Assembly (NCBI RefSeq): GCF_006345805.1
Contig: NC_043001.1
Location: 132,742,001 to 132,806,000 of the forward strand
DNA: 64,000 nt
Source of the DNA: Octopus sinensis
Lineage: Eukaryota
Reading direction: 5' to 3'
Shown here: positions 52,626-64,000 of the stretch, in pieces
Layout of the letters: each line of letters begins with the position of its first letter
Position numbering within the stretch: position 1 is the first letter of the stretch
Notes under the pieces: generated by a model
What the model was told of the DNA's origin: nothing
Databases searched by the model: none
What the model saw: the letters and a program-made list of their open reading frames with translations, nothing else
Made by a program: the position numbers and the translations under genes

Positions 52626-55029
52626 ACACAGCAGCAACAGTAGTTAGCTTGTAAGAGTCCTGTAACTAATTACACTGATGTTCACTAATTGCAATATAAA
52701 ATAACTAAAATAATGTCAATGCAAGACATACTTAAAATTAGGCAGGTTTTCTGCAGAAAACCTATGTTATGGTTGGAGATACCCTTCCTATCACCAGCCT
52801 CTTATAGTCTCCTCTAATAGCAGGCAAAGACATAGTGTGCCAGTTCTAAAACTGGACTACAGAACTTCTGGTTGCTAATCAGTAGTGTGTCATGGTAAAG
52901 ATAACCAGTACTGTGTGACTATTAATCACTGGCAACTATATATGCAAGTGGAGTGACATTATCAGGAAGATTAACTCTGCACTATTCATGTATACTACTC
53001 ATTCTGTGCAAATACAAAATGTTTAAATGTTGTCTCATTGACCCAATGGTTTATAGGACTTACTACCTGAAGAATTTCACAGATAAACCAAAGTTTTGAA
53101 TTTAAATAACGTAATCTGTTGTGAAATCACCAATAATAGTGAGATTTTCCAGTGCTGAAAACTAAAAGTTATTCCTTCAGTCTCCTCTTCCCCTTCTCTT
53201 TATTTTTTGTTTAACAGACAGCTATATATATTCTGAATACCAACAAACATTTAAATAAAGCACTTAGATTGAAGATTGTAAAGAAACTTAAAAAAACCAA
53301 AATCTTATTTTTCTAATTACAATGATAATTAAAGATTTTTAATCTTTTCAAAGCTATAAATGCCCAAAATTTACATTTACAAAGATTTTTGATGATATCA
53401 GGTGCCTTCAATATAGGAAAATAGTAAAAGAGAAAAAAAACACAGTAAAATTAATTTCCTTTAAACCATTTCAAAATGTCGCCCAACCAATGCAGAATGA
53501 AAAGAAGCAGTGGACTCGAATATACATTTGAAACAAAAAATATAATAATAACAAAACAAATACTGATCCAGCTTATATCCACTGCATATTTTAATCCTTT
53601 CAATTTGATGGAAATCTTGATAAATCTATCAAATTAAATGAGTGTAGGAAAGTTAAAAATATGAAATTAAAGTTAGTTAGCAACTGTCAAAATTGCTTTA
53701 TTTGTGATGATGGACACTATCAAAAGAAGATAATTAAGAGATATTCAAAGCAAATCATCTTTACTTTATATCAGTCAAATGGATAGTTACATTTCATGAT
53801 AATTTCTTAATTCTGTTGCCATATCATTTATATTAAGAAATTTGATACTGAACAGATAATGCCCTACCTACCTCCCAACTTTCCTCACCAACATTAAGCT
53901 AACTATAAATAAAATAACATACTCTGGTAAGTCTTGATTTTTATAATTTAATTTTTGTTTTTAACAATGAATACACAATTTGTGTTGCTTCTCACTGTAA
54001 CATAAACATTTTCTTGTTGGTAAAATCAAATCATTTAAATTTATTAAAACATGGTCAATGTTGCATGCTGCCAACATGAAAAAAGATTAGTTGAAATGTA
54101 TGAACAACACATATTAAGACATTTAGTTACATAATTCAAGAGCCATAAATTTTGTTATAATTTTTATTTTTATTCAATGATCTTTTTTTTTATGTCATAT
54201 TTTATTGGCTATTTCTATATTTTCATTCTTGTAATATAAAACAAAATCTAATTAGTTGCATGCAGCTATTTTAAACAAGCTTTGATTACACTGTTTCCCT
54301 CTGTTTTTATGTAGGATATGATGAATATATCAACTGTTTTGCATGTTTTCTTAATGCCTATCTTACCAACACATAATTAAAACTATTGCGACTATGACAT
54401 CATTTCTTCACAGTCAAACACACTTAAAAATATGTTATGATTTTCACACAAACATGAAGTAACTGATATTGCTCCTGTCCCTTGGAGATTCAATACATCT
54501 TTATCAACTCATAAAGAGAAATTACAAAAGTAATAGATGGTTTTTCTTCTTTGTTTTTTGGAGTTTTTTTTGTTTCTTTGTTTTCTTGTAACTTCGTCAG
54601 TCCTACAAAATACATAGTTTTTTTCTTTAACCAGCCCAGAAATACAACCCTATGAAACTTCTCTCTTTGTTGTTTGAGAGGAAAATGCTAGTTAGTATCA
54701 TCAACCCCAATACTTTATTTTGTTAATCCTAGAGAGATAGAAGGCAAAATTCACCTTGACAGGATTTGAACTCAGAATGTAAAATGTCAGCCAACCAAAC
54801 CGTTCTGCTAATCCACTGTTCTACAACACTTACTTATTTTATTGAACTTGGAGAGAGGAAACAGCATACACAACTTCAGCAAGATGTAAGAACAATTAAA
54901 TAGATAAAATAAATAATTTATTATGCTCTTCTGCCACTTAACAACCCTTTCACACAATATCATTTCCCATCTTCATATTTCTGACTTATGTCAAGGAAAA
55001 CAAAAGACATTATTCTTAGAATTTGTTAC

Positions 55030-55240
55030 GCCATTAGGCACAAGGCCTGAAATTTGAGGAGAGGGGATAGTCAATTACACCAACCCCAGTTCTCAACTGC
55101 TACTTATATTATTGACACTGAAAGAAATGAAAAGCAAAGTCACCCTAGGCAGATTTGAACCCAGAACGTTAAGCCAAAAGAAATGCCACAAAGCATTTTG
55201 TCCAGCATTGTAACAATTCTGCCATCTTGCTGCCTTTGGG
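55030..55240 (-). mobile_element. SINE family C, diverged (another at 54660-54900)
   Basis: GGCACAAGGCCTGAAATTTG...GAAAAGCAAAGTCACCC...GATTTGAACCCAGAACG. Confidence 0.7.
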
Positions 55241-56574
55241 GCCAGATTGTGATGTTATTGACTTTTTCCACTATCCTCTGAGTGACTCTATCACTAACAT
55301 TCTCTACTACTTCTTGTAATTTACAAGTATTTCACAAAACACATGGTTTCTATATTAAAAGTAAAAATGAAATTAATTGTGCTCAGTTTTATCAAGCATT
55401 TGTTTTGCAATAGTTGTCTTTATATCAACTCCATCAACTGAGCTGTTGGTTTCAGCTATTTTGCTGCTCCCTTGATAAGTGTGTTTCAGTACAATATATC
55501 TACTTCAACAGAAACTGACATTATCCTGATATCATGCTCAACAATTTAACTAAGGGTGTGATCAGGGCTTGCTAAAACTAACCTGGGCAATACTGAGCAT
55601 CTCTGAAAAAAAAAAACAAGAAAAAAAGGACAATAAAGCTACTATCACAGTTACTTTATCTACATGTACAGTTTAAATCTGTGTAGCTCGTTCAACAATT
55701 TTATAGAGTAAAAATGTAAATTAATATAAAATTACAGTATAGGAATCGAAATATAGTTTCAAAGCATCTAAATTGAGATGTAATTATAATTCAGACACAA
55801 ACTATAGTAATATACAACAATTACTGTTGGCAATTATAGAAAATACCATACAGCATATTAAGTAGTGAATAAATTCTGTTTATGTAAAACTCTCTTTAAC
55901 TTGATATTTTATAACAAATTTTCTTTCACAGAGTGACTAAATACATTTACATACACACAATTAATGTCTATGAAAATTTACAAATTGAAATTTGACATGA
56001 AGCTGTAAAACTAGAAAGATATGTAAAACAAGAAAGATACCATTGCACTCATTAAAAACACATAAACACTGTTATATTCATTTTTACTCTTTTTTTTTAT
56101 TAGTTTATGATAATAATATATATTATTACCAAAATCATTGTACATGAATGACATGATCACCACTGTTCTACCTCTCAGTATTCAACTATGACTTAGTACT
56201 GACACTTTACTACACTGTATCTGGGATTTGATGAATTAGCATAATATCAGTATTGAGGTTGCAGATATACAATAAAAGACTATGGAACTTAATAATATAT
56301 AATATTATTGCATAATAAAATAATAGTAAATATAATTTTAATAGCCAGAATGATGATTCTACCATGAGAAAACTGTTTTAGTCTCAACACAAGATCACAG
56401 ATCAAATCACTTGCTATACATATGCAACTTAGGAGAAAGATATACACTAAGAATAACCTAAACATGTTAATAAGTGTTTATTATAATACCTAATGACAAT
56501 AATTTGTCTTAAATGAGAAACTGGAATTTAAATTTTCCAGGCTGTTAAATTATATTTTGTATTTTTAGTTTAAC

Positions 56575-56790
56575 CCTTTTGATACCAACCTACCTGAGAC
56601 TGCCCCAGGTTCTATGATAGAACATTTATGCTTTAAAGTAATCTAATTTAAAACTTTCCATCAAAATTTCATAGTAATTCATGTTCCAAACACCAGCTTA
56701 ACAACGACAAAGTTATTTCAATAAATTCTTCATTATTTTCATAACTGACTGAAATAAGTGCAGTGTATTTCAACAGAAATATGGCAATGG
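56575..56790. mobile_element. piggyBac-type MITE, second family, decayed right end
   Basis: TTAA|CCCTTTTGATACC left end; right end ...TGGCAATGGATAGG|ATAA is only approximate. Confidence 0.45.
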
Positions 56791-59700
56791 ATAGGATAAC
56801 AATATTTCATTCAGCTTAATTTTCAATCCTTTACATATACTCTATTCTACTATATATATATAATTTTCCAAGCCAGATTTAGACTTTGAAATTTTATTTA
56901 AAGTGAAAGGCTTTAATGTTCTTCAAAACTAAACTATATCATAGTGATCTTAAACAAAAAAAATATTTAAAATATAAGATTAACAAACCAGAATATCTGA
57001 ATAACCAATATAACTCATTTCTAAAAAATAAATATGCAATTTTGGAATGTATCAGGTATACCGCTTTACAGTCCAAAGTGTAGTATCAATTACTAAAAAA
57101 GTTCCATATGAAACAACAAACTTTTATATTGTTAGATTGAAATTAGAATCAACTGAAAAATCTCCAAGAAGTTATGATTATATCAGGGCTTGTAATAAGT
57201 TTGTTAAAAAAAACTACAAATTCAATCAAATCACATCTAAAAAAAATATTGATGTAAGACTCCAAAAATCCCAAGAAATTATACTTAAGCAATAATAAAT
57301 AACTCAGATTTTAACAGGAGATTTTTCTAATTTAACATTTCTATAGGAAATATTACATCATTTAATTATAAATGACAGGAAAACAACTGCAATGTGAAAC
57401 TACAAAGATAGGCAGTTCTAAATAATTTATTCAATACCATTAGTAGCCTTACACATTTAAGCATTCTTCATTTATCTGAATTTCAATATTGTCTAAAAAT
57501 TAATTAATTAGTTCTAATTTAATTTAGCCAGGAACAAAAATGACTAGTTTATCACTATGTCTTCTTTTCCTCCTATTGATGACTAAGGTTGTTTCAACAC
57601 TTCTATTTGATAAAATACTGGTAGCAAAGCAGGAAGGAGAGGAAGATCTCAGTAAGTGAAGTTCTAGAAGTCTGGGAGTAATTTGTGAAACCTCTTTTCC
57701 ATAAATGATGATAAAATATTTCTCTGAAAACACAAAAAGCATACAAAATATTGCTTGAACCTCGTGCTATTTGACACAGTAATGACTATTTGGGCAGAAG
57801 GTTGACTTCATACAATTGGAAAGTTGAGAGTTATATAATGGATTAGCTATGTCAAACAAAGAGCATGTTTAGGCCAGCTAAGAAAATGTTTTAAAATTAG
57901 CCCTTTAGCATTTAAATCTGCAAATTCTGATCTCTGTAAAGACAGCACTATTTGTTCAAACTATCCATAACTGGTCTTGTTGACATATTAGCTTTAGTAG
58001 CTGGATATTCTCACAAAATCACTAAGGCAGTTGCAAGCTTTCTTAGGTTTTTATTTTTTTGAAGGTCAACAATTTTTTTTGTGAACACATCAACAAGTTT
58101 AACACCAAACAGCTAACCTTTAGAAGACAGTGGGTAGTATGCTTGTTCTACTAAAATTAATAGTATAATTAAGAAACCGAATTCAAAAGACAGATAACAA
58201 CCAAGCAAAATAAAGATAAATACATGAAATTAAGTAGCAACATATACAGTTTTAAAGGTGATAGGAACAAATTCAGAAAAATGGAAGATTAATTATTTGT
58301 AGTCCAGACTAACTCATTTAATAAATGTTACACAGAAAAAAAATAGATGGAAGAGTGATTATAGATTACAAAGAGAAAAAAAAATCAAGAAATATATATA
58401 GACTTTATAAATATTTTTTTCCTTAATTTCAACTTATGAACATTAAAAAATAACAGAACAGAAACAGAGTGAAAACTTCCTTTAAAAAAGTGGTCCTCAA
58501 TGTTGTTATATTATAGAATAAATTCATTTCGAAAAGAAGCAAAACTGTTTCTTTAGTAAATAAAGAGAGCCTGTAACTTGACATAAAACCATGTCTCCCA
58601 ATGAACAGTACAAAAATATGAGCATTATAAACGTACTGGCAGAGTCAACAAGATATTGAGCAGGTATCTTGTCAGTGATACTCTATTGTCTATGACCAAA
58701 ATATTTAACACTTGCTGGATTGTCTGTACACCTTTAAATAGGAGCCATGAAATTGCCACAACTTTTTTCTGTAAGTAATGCAGTAATTACATAATTACTT
58801 GATAGATCATAAGTTAGTCATGCTAAATACTGAATACAAGGTCTTATATGGGATTAGGTTGTGATAATAGTGCTTACAGAATTGGTTTTTAGTAATTAAT
58901 CTAGCATAGCAAAATATACTTGATATAAATGAATTTAGTGTTAGCAAAAGAGTTATGTATACATTTACAGGAAAACCTGAATAAAATTTTTAATAAATTC
59001 ATTCAAAGTTCTAGAAATTTTAATTTGGGTATCCTACGATTTTAAGCCCTTGTCTTTTTACTGCATAATGACTCTTCTAATTAGTTTAATACTAATTCCT
59101 ATTGATTTAAACAAGTAGTTCTCATCTCCTGGTCAAAATTATTGCCATAATTATTGACACAAAAATACACATGTCAATGCATAAAGGAAAACTTTCTAAT
59201 GCTCTATAACAAGTAGCTAAAATGAAGATAAAACCAACATAATGTAAGGCATGAGTCATTTGTGAAAGCATTTAAGGACAGAGAGAGCCAATTCAGAAGA
59301 TCAATTCACTGAAAATATCAGGTGTTTTAAATCTCATTACTGATTTAAATCATGTAACTCTTCAGCAATATAAAACTTCTCTTAAGGAGAGAAATTTTAA
59401 TGCATTTTACAGTGGAAGACACAAAATCCATAAAACTGTCAAGAAGTGCATTAATGATTACGGGATAAAACTCTATAAGAAGTCCAAAAAGAACTCAAGA
59501 TACAGTTTGGCAAAAATGCACACAATAGCTTAAAGGTGATTGGAGATATTCGAATGATTACTACTTCTTTCAAAAAGTTGTTTGATCAACAGCTAAAAAT
59601 ATAAGGTTAGTTGAGGAGACAATCAGAGGAAAAAGTTCACTGTTTAATCAGCTTTGTTTTAGTCAAAATATTCCATGTTGATTATATTTTAAGCTTTTAT

Positions 59701-60371
59701 GAATTGCTCAAACTTTACAAGTTACTAAAAGTTTTAAACTCCTCATTAAAAAATCTCAAAGTTTAAGTTTCTTTAACCAGAGCAATTTCTATACTCTTTG
59801 CTACTTTACATACATATACAAAGATAACCCAATTATGAATAACTTAATGAAAAGATAAATAAATTATAAACACAAAGATTCAAGGAAAATTGAGCAGATC
59901 CTCATCAGTCAAAGATAACTCAGAAAGCAAAATCTAAAATTTAAGTTTTAGTGGACCATAAGAAGAATGGATACATAATGCTTCAGGTAAAGCCTTTCAC
60001 TGGATAATGTAACAGTGTTTCTCTTCAGGATGAAATGAAGGACTCTCTACAGAATTACAATGAAGTCTTTGGGTGAAGGACTAACTCTAAAAAACTATAT
60101 ATCTCTTCTCCTCTGAACATACTTGAACAACACAATGTTAGCTTCTTACAAGTTAAAGCATTGAAGGATGCAATAACTCTTAGATATTTTTGTTTTGTTT
60201 TTGTTTTTTTTTTGTTGTGGTGTGTGTTCACTGTTTTAAATCCGTTGCATGGCTGTAATTGTATATTTGTAAGAGGAATTATTTGAGAACAAATCCACTG
60301 ATGTGAAAATGTTCAAACAGGCCAACTGATATTGACCAGCACACTACCAATTCTACAACCCACCAACCATA

Positions 60372-60858
60372 ATAATAATAATATTTTTTTTTACAATAGG
60401 TACAAGGCTTGAACCCTTGTGGGAGAGGACTAGTCAATCACATCGATTTCAGTACTCATATACTACTTATTTCATCAACCCCAAGAGGATAAAAGGCAAA
60501 GCCAACCATGGCAGAATTTGAATAATAATAATTCTTTCTATTATAGGCGCAAGCCTGAAATTTGTGGGGAGGGAGCCGATCAATTACATCGACACCTAAT
60601 GCTCAACTGGTAGTTATTTTATCAACCCCAAAAGGATGAAAGGTAAAGTTAACCATAACAGAATTTGAATAATAGCAGTCCTTTCTATTACAGACACAAA
60701 CCTGAAATTTTGGGGTAGGGGACTGATCAATTGAATTTGAATAATGATAAAAATGATAATGATAATAATAATTTCTTCTAACTATTGGCACAAGGCCAGT
60801 AATTTCAAGTGAAGTGGAAGTCAATTACATCAATCTCAATGCTCAACTGGCACTTTCT
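60372..60858 (-). mobile_element. Chain of four truncated SINE family C copies
   Basis: Junction GAATTTGAA|TAAT repeated at 60522, 60669 and 60741. Confidence 0.75.
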
Positions 60859-60859
60859 A

Positions 60860-61200
60860 ACAGATGACAATATTTCTCTAAAAGAAAAGGAGAAACTTCC
60901 AAAATACAAAGATCTGGAAAAAGAGGTAACTCAAAAGTGGAGCCTAAAAACAGAAACAATTCCTATCATAGTAGGCACATTAGGTATGATAAACAAAATA
61001 CTCAGACAAATACATAACAAAAGTACCTGGACTTACAAGTATATATAATATACAGAAAATATCACTACTAGGCACTGCACACACCCTATGTAAAACACTT
61101 TCAATACACTGAAAATAAGAGCATCACAACCAACCACAGCACATACCCAAAGCATACAGAGCAGCACTCAGTAGTACAGTGAAAGCACGTGATAAAAATA
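60860..61200 (+). mobile_element. RLE-type (R4/Dong-like) LINE 3' end
   Basis: KEKEKLPKYKDLEKEVTQKWSLKTETIPIIVGTLG, then after a frameshift IQKISLLGTAHTLCKTLSIH*; homologous to 4578-4786. Confidence 0.82.
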
Positions 61201-61541
61201 CCACCACCACCACCACCAACATGACACATGACACAGAATGTAATAATACTGGCCCTTTGAAATACAGGTACAACTCATTTGGGCCAAATGAGTGAACTAG
61301 AGCAACATGAAATAAAGTGTCTTGCTCCAGGCCACAATGGGTCATCAAGCATCGTACTCATAACCTTAGGATCACAAGCTGAATATGCTAACCTCTAAGC
61401 CATGTGACTTCACACAATAACACAACAGACACAGCACACAGAGGATATTTACTTGGTAGATAAAACACTAAATAGCTATGACTAATTACTAAAAATTTTT
61501 ACTAGATAATCATAGGAGTAAGTCAATTTGGCATCATTTAA

Positions 61542-61762
61542 CCCTTTAACATTCAAATTATTCGGTTAAATGTAATACTTATTTCTTCACAATGTTTTAT
61601 AGTAAGCATGACTTATCTTATAGCTTCAAGATTTTGATCGTGTGGTAATTTATTTTTAGAATAATATTGTAGGGTAGGTGTGAAAGGCCAGATATGACCA
61701 CTTTGAACATAAAACAGGTAGAATATTTTGGCCAGATACAGTCAGATTAAATGCTAAAGAGT
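61542..61762 (-). mobile_element. piggyBac-type MITE, same family as 17840-18037, inverted
   Basis: TTAA|CCCTTTAACATTC ... AATGCTAAAGAG|TCAA. Confidence 0.7.
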
Positions 61763-62029
61763 CAAATATCGTTTCTATCACTGGCACAAGACTGAAGTCA
61801 ATTGACACCAGTACTTGATTGGTACTTTATTTCATGAAGCCCAGAGATTTGAAAGGCAAAATTAACATCAGTGGAATTTGAACTCAGTCCATAAAGAGCA
61901 AAATAAAATACAGCAAAGCATTTTTTCTAATGCTTTAAAGATGCTACCAATAATTAACTGAAGTATCTCGAGTCTGATAAAAACTTTTCTGCAATTTCTT
62001 GCTGAACAACCAACACAGATGATTTGTTT

Positions 62030-62240
62030 ATAGACTCAAACGTTTATGCTGTTCATTAGCTCACTCCCTCTATCAGATCGACACTGCTTGTACAGATGCA
62101 CTTTGTGCCACATGTCAGATGTTGACGTGATTATGTGAGATGAAGTGTTTTGTTCAAGAATACAATGCACCACATGGTCTGGAAATCAAACTCATGATCT
62201 TCCAATTGTGAATGCAACACCCTAGTCACAAGGCCACCCA
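62030..62240 (-). mobile_element. Old SINE (family B related)
   Basis: GTGTTTTGTTCAAGAATACAATGCAC...GGAAATCAAACTCATGATC head remnant. Confidence 0.55.
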
Positions 62241-62259
62241 CCCTCACTACCAATAATAA

Positions 62260-63790
62260 CAATGATAGGATATGTAAAATTTTATTGTTGCTTCTGTCAG
62301 TTTAACTTATGTTACAAAAAGAACATTTCAATGAAGATAACATTCTAAAATCTTAAGCTACTGATTTCTCTTATATCATTATTTTATATTCTTTTGAAAG
62401 TAAATTTATCAGTAGAGATATATTTTTTAAAATGTACATGATATGACAAAAGAACATTAGTTTTAAAAGATGTATACAAAATTACTATCACATTTTGTCA
62501 ATAAATATAAGTGGCATAAAACTTTTGCAGGTAAAAAATTTATTTTATATATCAAAAACTTTTACAAAACAAATTTCTTTTCATAAACAAAATCGATTTT
62601 AAATACATATGGACATGAAGGTGGATATTGTAGATAGAAAAACAGCTTTAAATCTTCCTGAAGTCTAAAATTGGTGAAAGCGAGAGAGAGGCAGGTCAAC
62701 ATGGAGAGTTTGGTGTTGGACAGGAAGAATTACAAAATAGTTGTAATCATAGTAACAAGAGTAAACAGAACAGTTTCTTTAGCAACAAAGTTCAACAACC
62801 CAGAAATTTTAGACTAAAATCATAGAAGAATTCAAGCAGAATGAGAGATTATAACTAGCACAAATACCTTCACTAATCTCTGACCAGTAGTATTATTTTC
62901 AGTCTTAGAAAACCAAAATGCCTGCTGAAGCACAGTTAAGATCAATAAAGTGACATGAGATTGTCTGCTGGCATCAAAATTTCTCATGCTTGTTGGTGAT
63001 AAAAATGGTATTTTATGGTGACATTGTAACTATTCATTTCACAGTAATGTTGTTTATTAGTGTGTTAGAAAAAAATAAAATAATGCATGCTGAAATCAAT
63101 TGTAAAAACAACAAACATTTTTTTAATGCTATTATTTTTTTTCTTTTTCTGCTTTTCTTTTCATAATAAAGGTGTGTGAAAATACACATCATGAATCAAA
63201 TTTATTTCATGCAATTTTTTTTTACCATTTCTCAGTTGAGCTAATGGGGGAGTTCCTTTACTACATAGCTACTTGACCTGCTCATTGTAGAAACCAAATC
63301 TTCCTTAAAATAAATTATACTCTCTGCAATATTTAAAAATGAAGAATACGTGTCATAAGTCTTAAATCTTAGGGGCAGCATGTCTCACAAGAAAAATGTG
63401 ATGAATGAACATGGCTAGAAATATTGAGAAAATGCTTAATTTGATTTGCTTCTTCTGCACTATAATTCTTACTCAAGGAGAACAACAGAACTTATTCTTT
63501 TCTCCCAGTGCAATATAAACAATGTAATTATTATGAGGTACAAATATTGATTTAACAAAAACATATATGATGATGAAAATGGTTCAAGAGTTGTAATTGA
63601 CTGCATCACTAGAGTGCTGGCCTGCAGGACAAATATTAGCAGCTTGTATCTTGACACTAACAATATACAAATACTGAATTGATAGAGTGGTGGATAACTG
63701 CCCAAAGGAATCTGATCTAGTATGAGAAGTAGTATAACAACTGAGAAGTAGAATCAACATAATGCCAAACTGACTGCTAATGAATTGGTA
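62260..63790 (-). other. Candidate 3'UTR
   Basis: Repeat-free and U-rich on the minus strand; AATAAA on minus near 62545 and 62283; SINEs resume below 62240. Confidence 0.3.
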
Positions 63791-63844
63791 GCTCATATTA
63801 TGTCACCATATCGACTCAGGTTTGAAGTTGGGGTTGTCCCTTTC

Positions 63845-63934
63845 CTATGCAAATTCCCAACCAATACTGATGAATGCAGCCTCCCTATTTGGTGATACTG
63901 CTGGCTGTTCAACTGTGCTCTTATATAGTGAGTC
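63845..63934 (-). CDS. Candidate last coding exon of an unidentified gene (DSLYKSTVEQPAVSPNREAAFISIGWEFA*)
   Basis: Pyrimidine-rich acceptor CCTCCCTCGCATTTTCACAG, locally raised GC and A/T-ending codons. An alternative stop-free frame runs 63999-63793. No recognised homology. Confidence 0.35.
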   Translation of the reverse strand, partial: DSLYKSTVEQPAVSPNREAAFISIGWEFA

Positions 63935-64000
63935 CTGTGAAAATGCGAGGGAGGTGGAGGATCATGAACACAATTTTCTTGAGTAAATGGGATGTCAAGC

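Noticed and set aside
59277-59534. ~85-codon stop-free frame without a leading ATG
   Set aside because: No recognisable motif; length is within chance expectation.
59960-60072. Donor/acceptor pair around DEMKDSLQNYNEVFG
   Set aside because: The implied intron is only 42 nt and the peptide is unrecognised.

Overview
AT-rich, repeat-dense animal genomic DNA, almost certainly an octopus (inferred from the dense (TA)n/(CA)n/(TATG)n/(TTA)n microsatellites and three tRNA-derived SINE families; not database-checked). No complete protein-coding gene could be identified. Nearly all ORFs in the supplied track are translations of microsatellites, SINEs or decayed transposons. The window is a mosaic of SINEs, 5'-truncated LINEs (RTE, CR1/L2, R4/Dong-type) and DNA-transposon remnants (mariner, maT-like, hAT and piggyBac MITEs). 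Three probably functional host signals stand out: a CpG-rich promoter-like island at ~7970-8340 with NRF1-, ETS- and YY1-type motifs, a candidate minus-strand terminal exon plus 3'UTR at ~62260-64000, and a repeat-poor stretch at ~52650-60370. The most unusual structures are a 10-unit ~61-bp array in an RTE 3'UTR with conserved stems and variable loops, a piggyBac MITE nested in the terminal repeat of a hAT MITE, an inverted pair of mariner left ends, an RTE ending in three C2H2 fingers inside a (TATG)n array, and a 65-nt hairpin. I found no evidence for a new multi-gene system.
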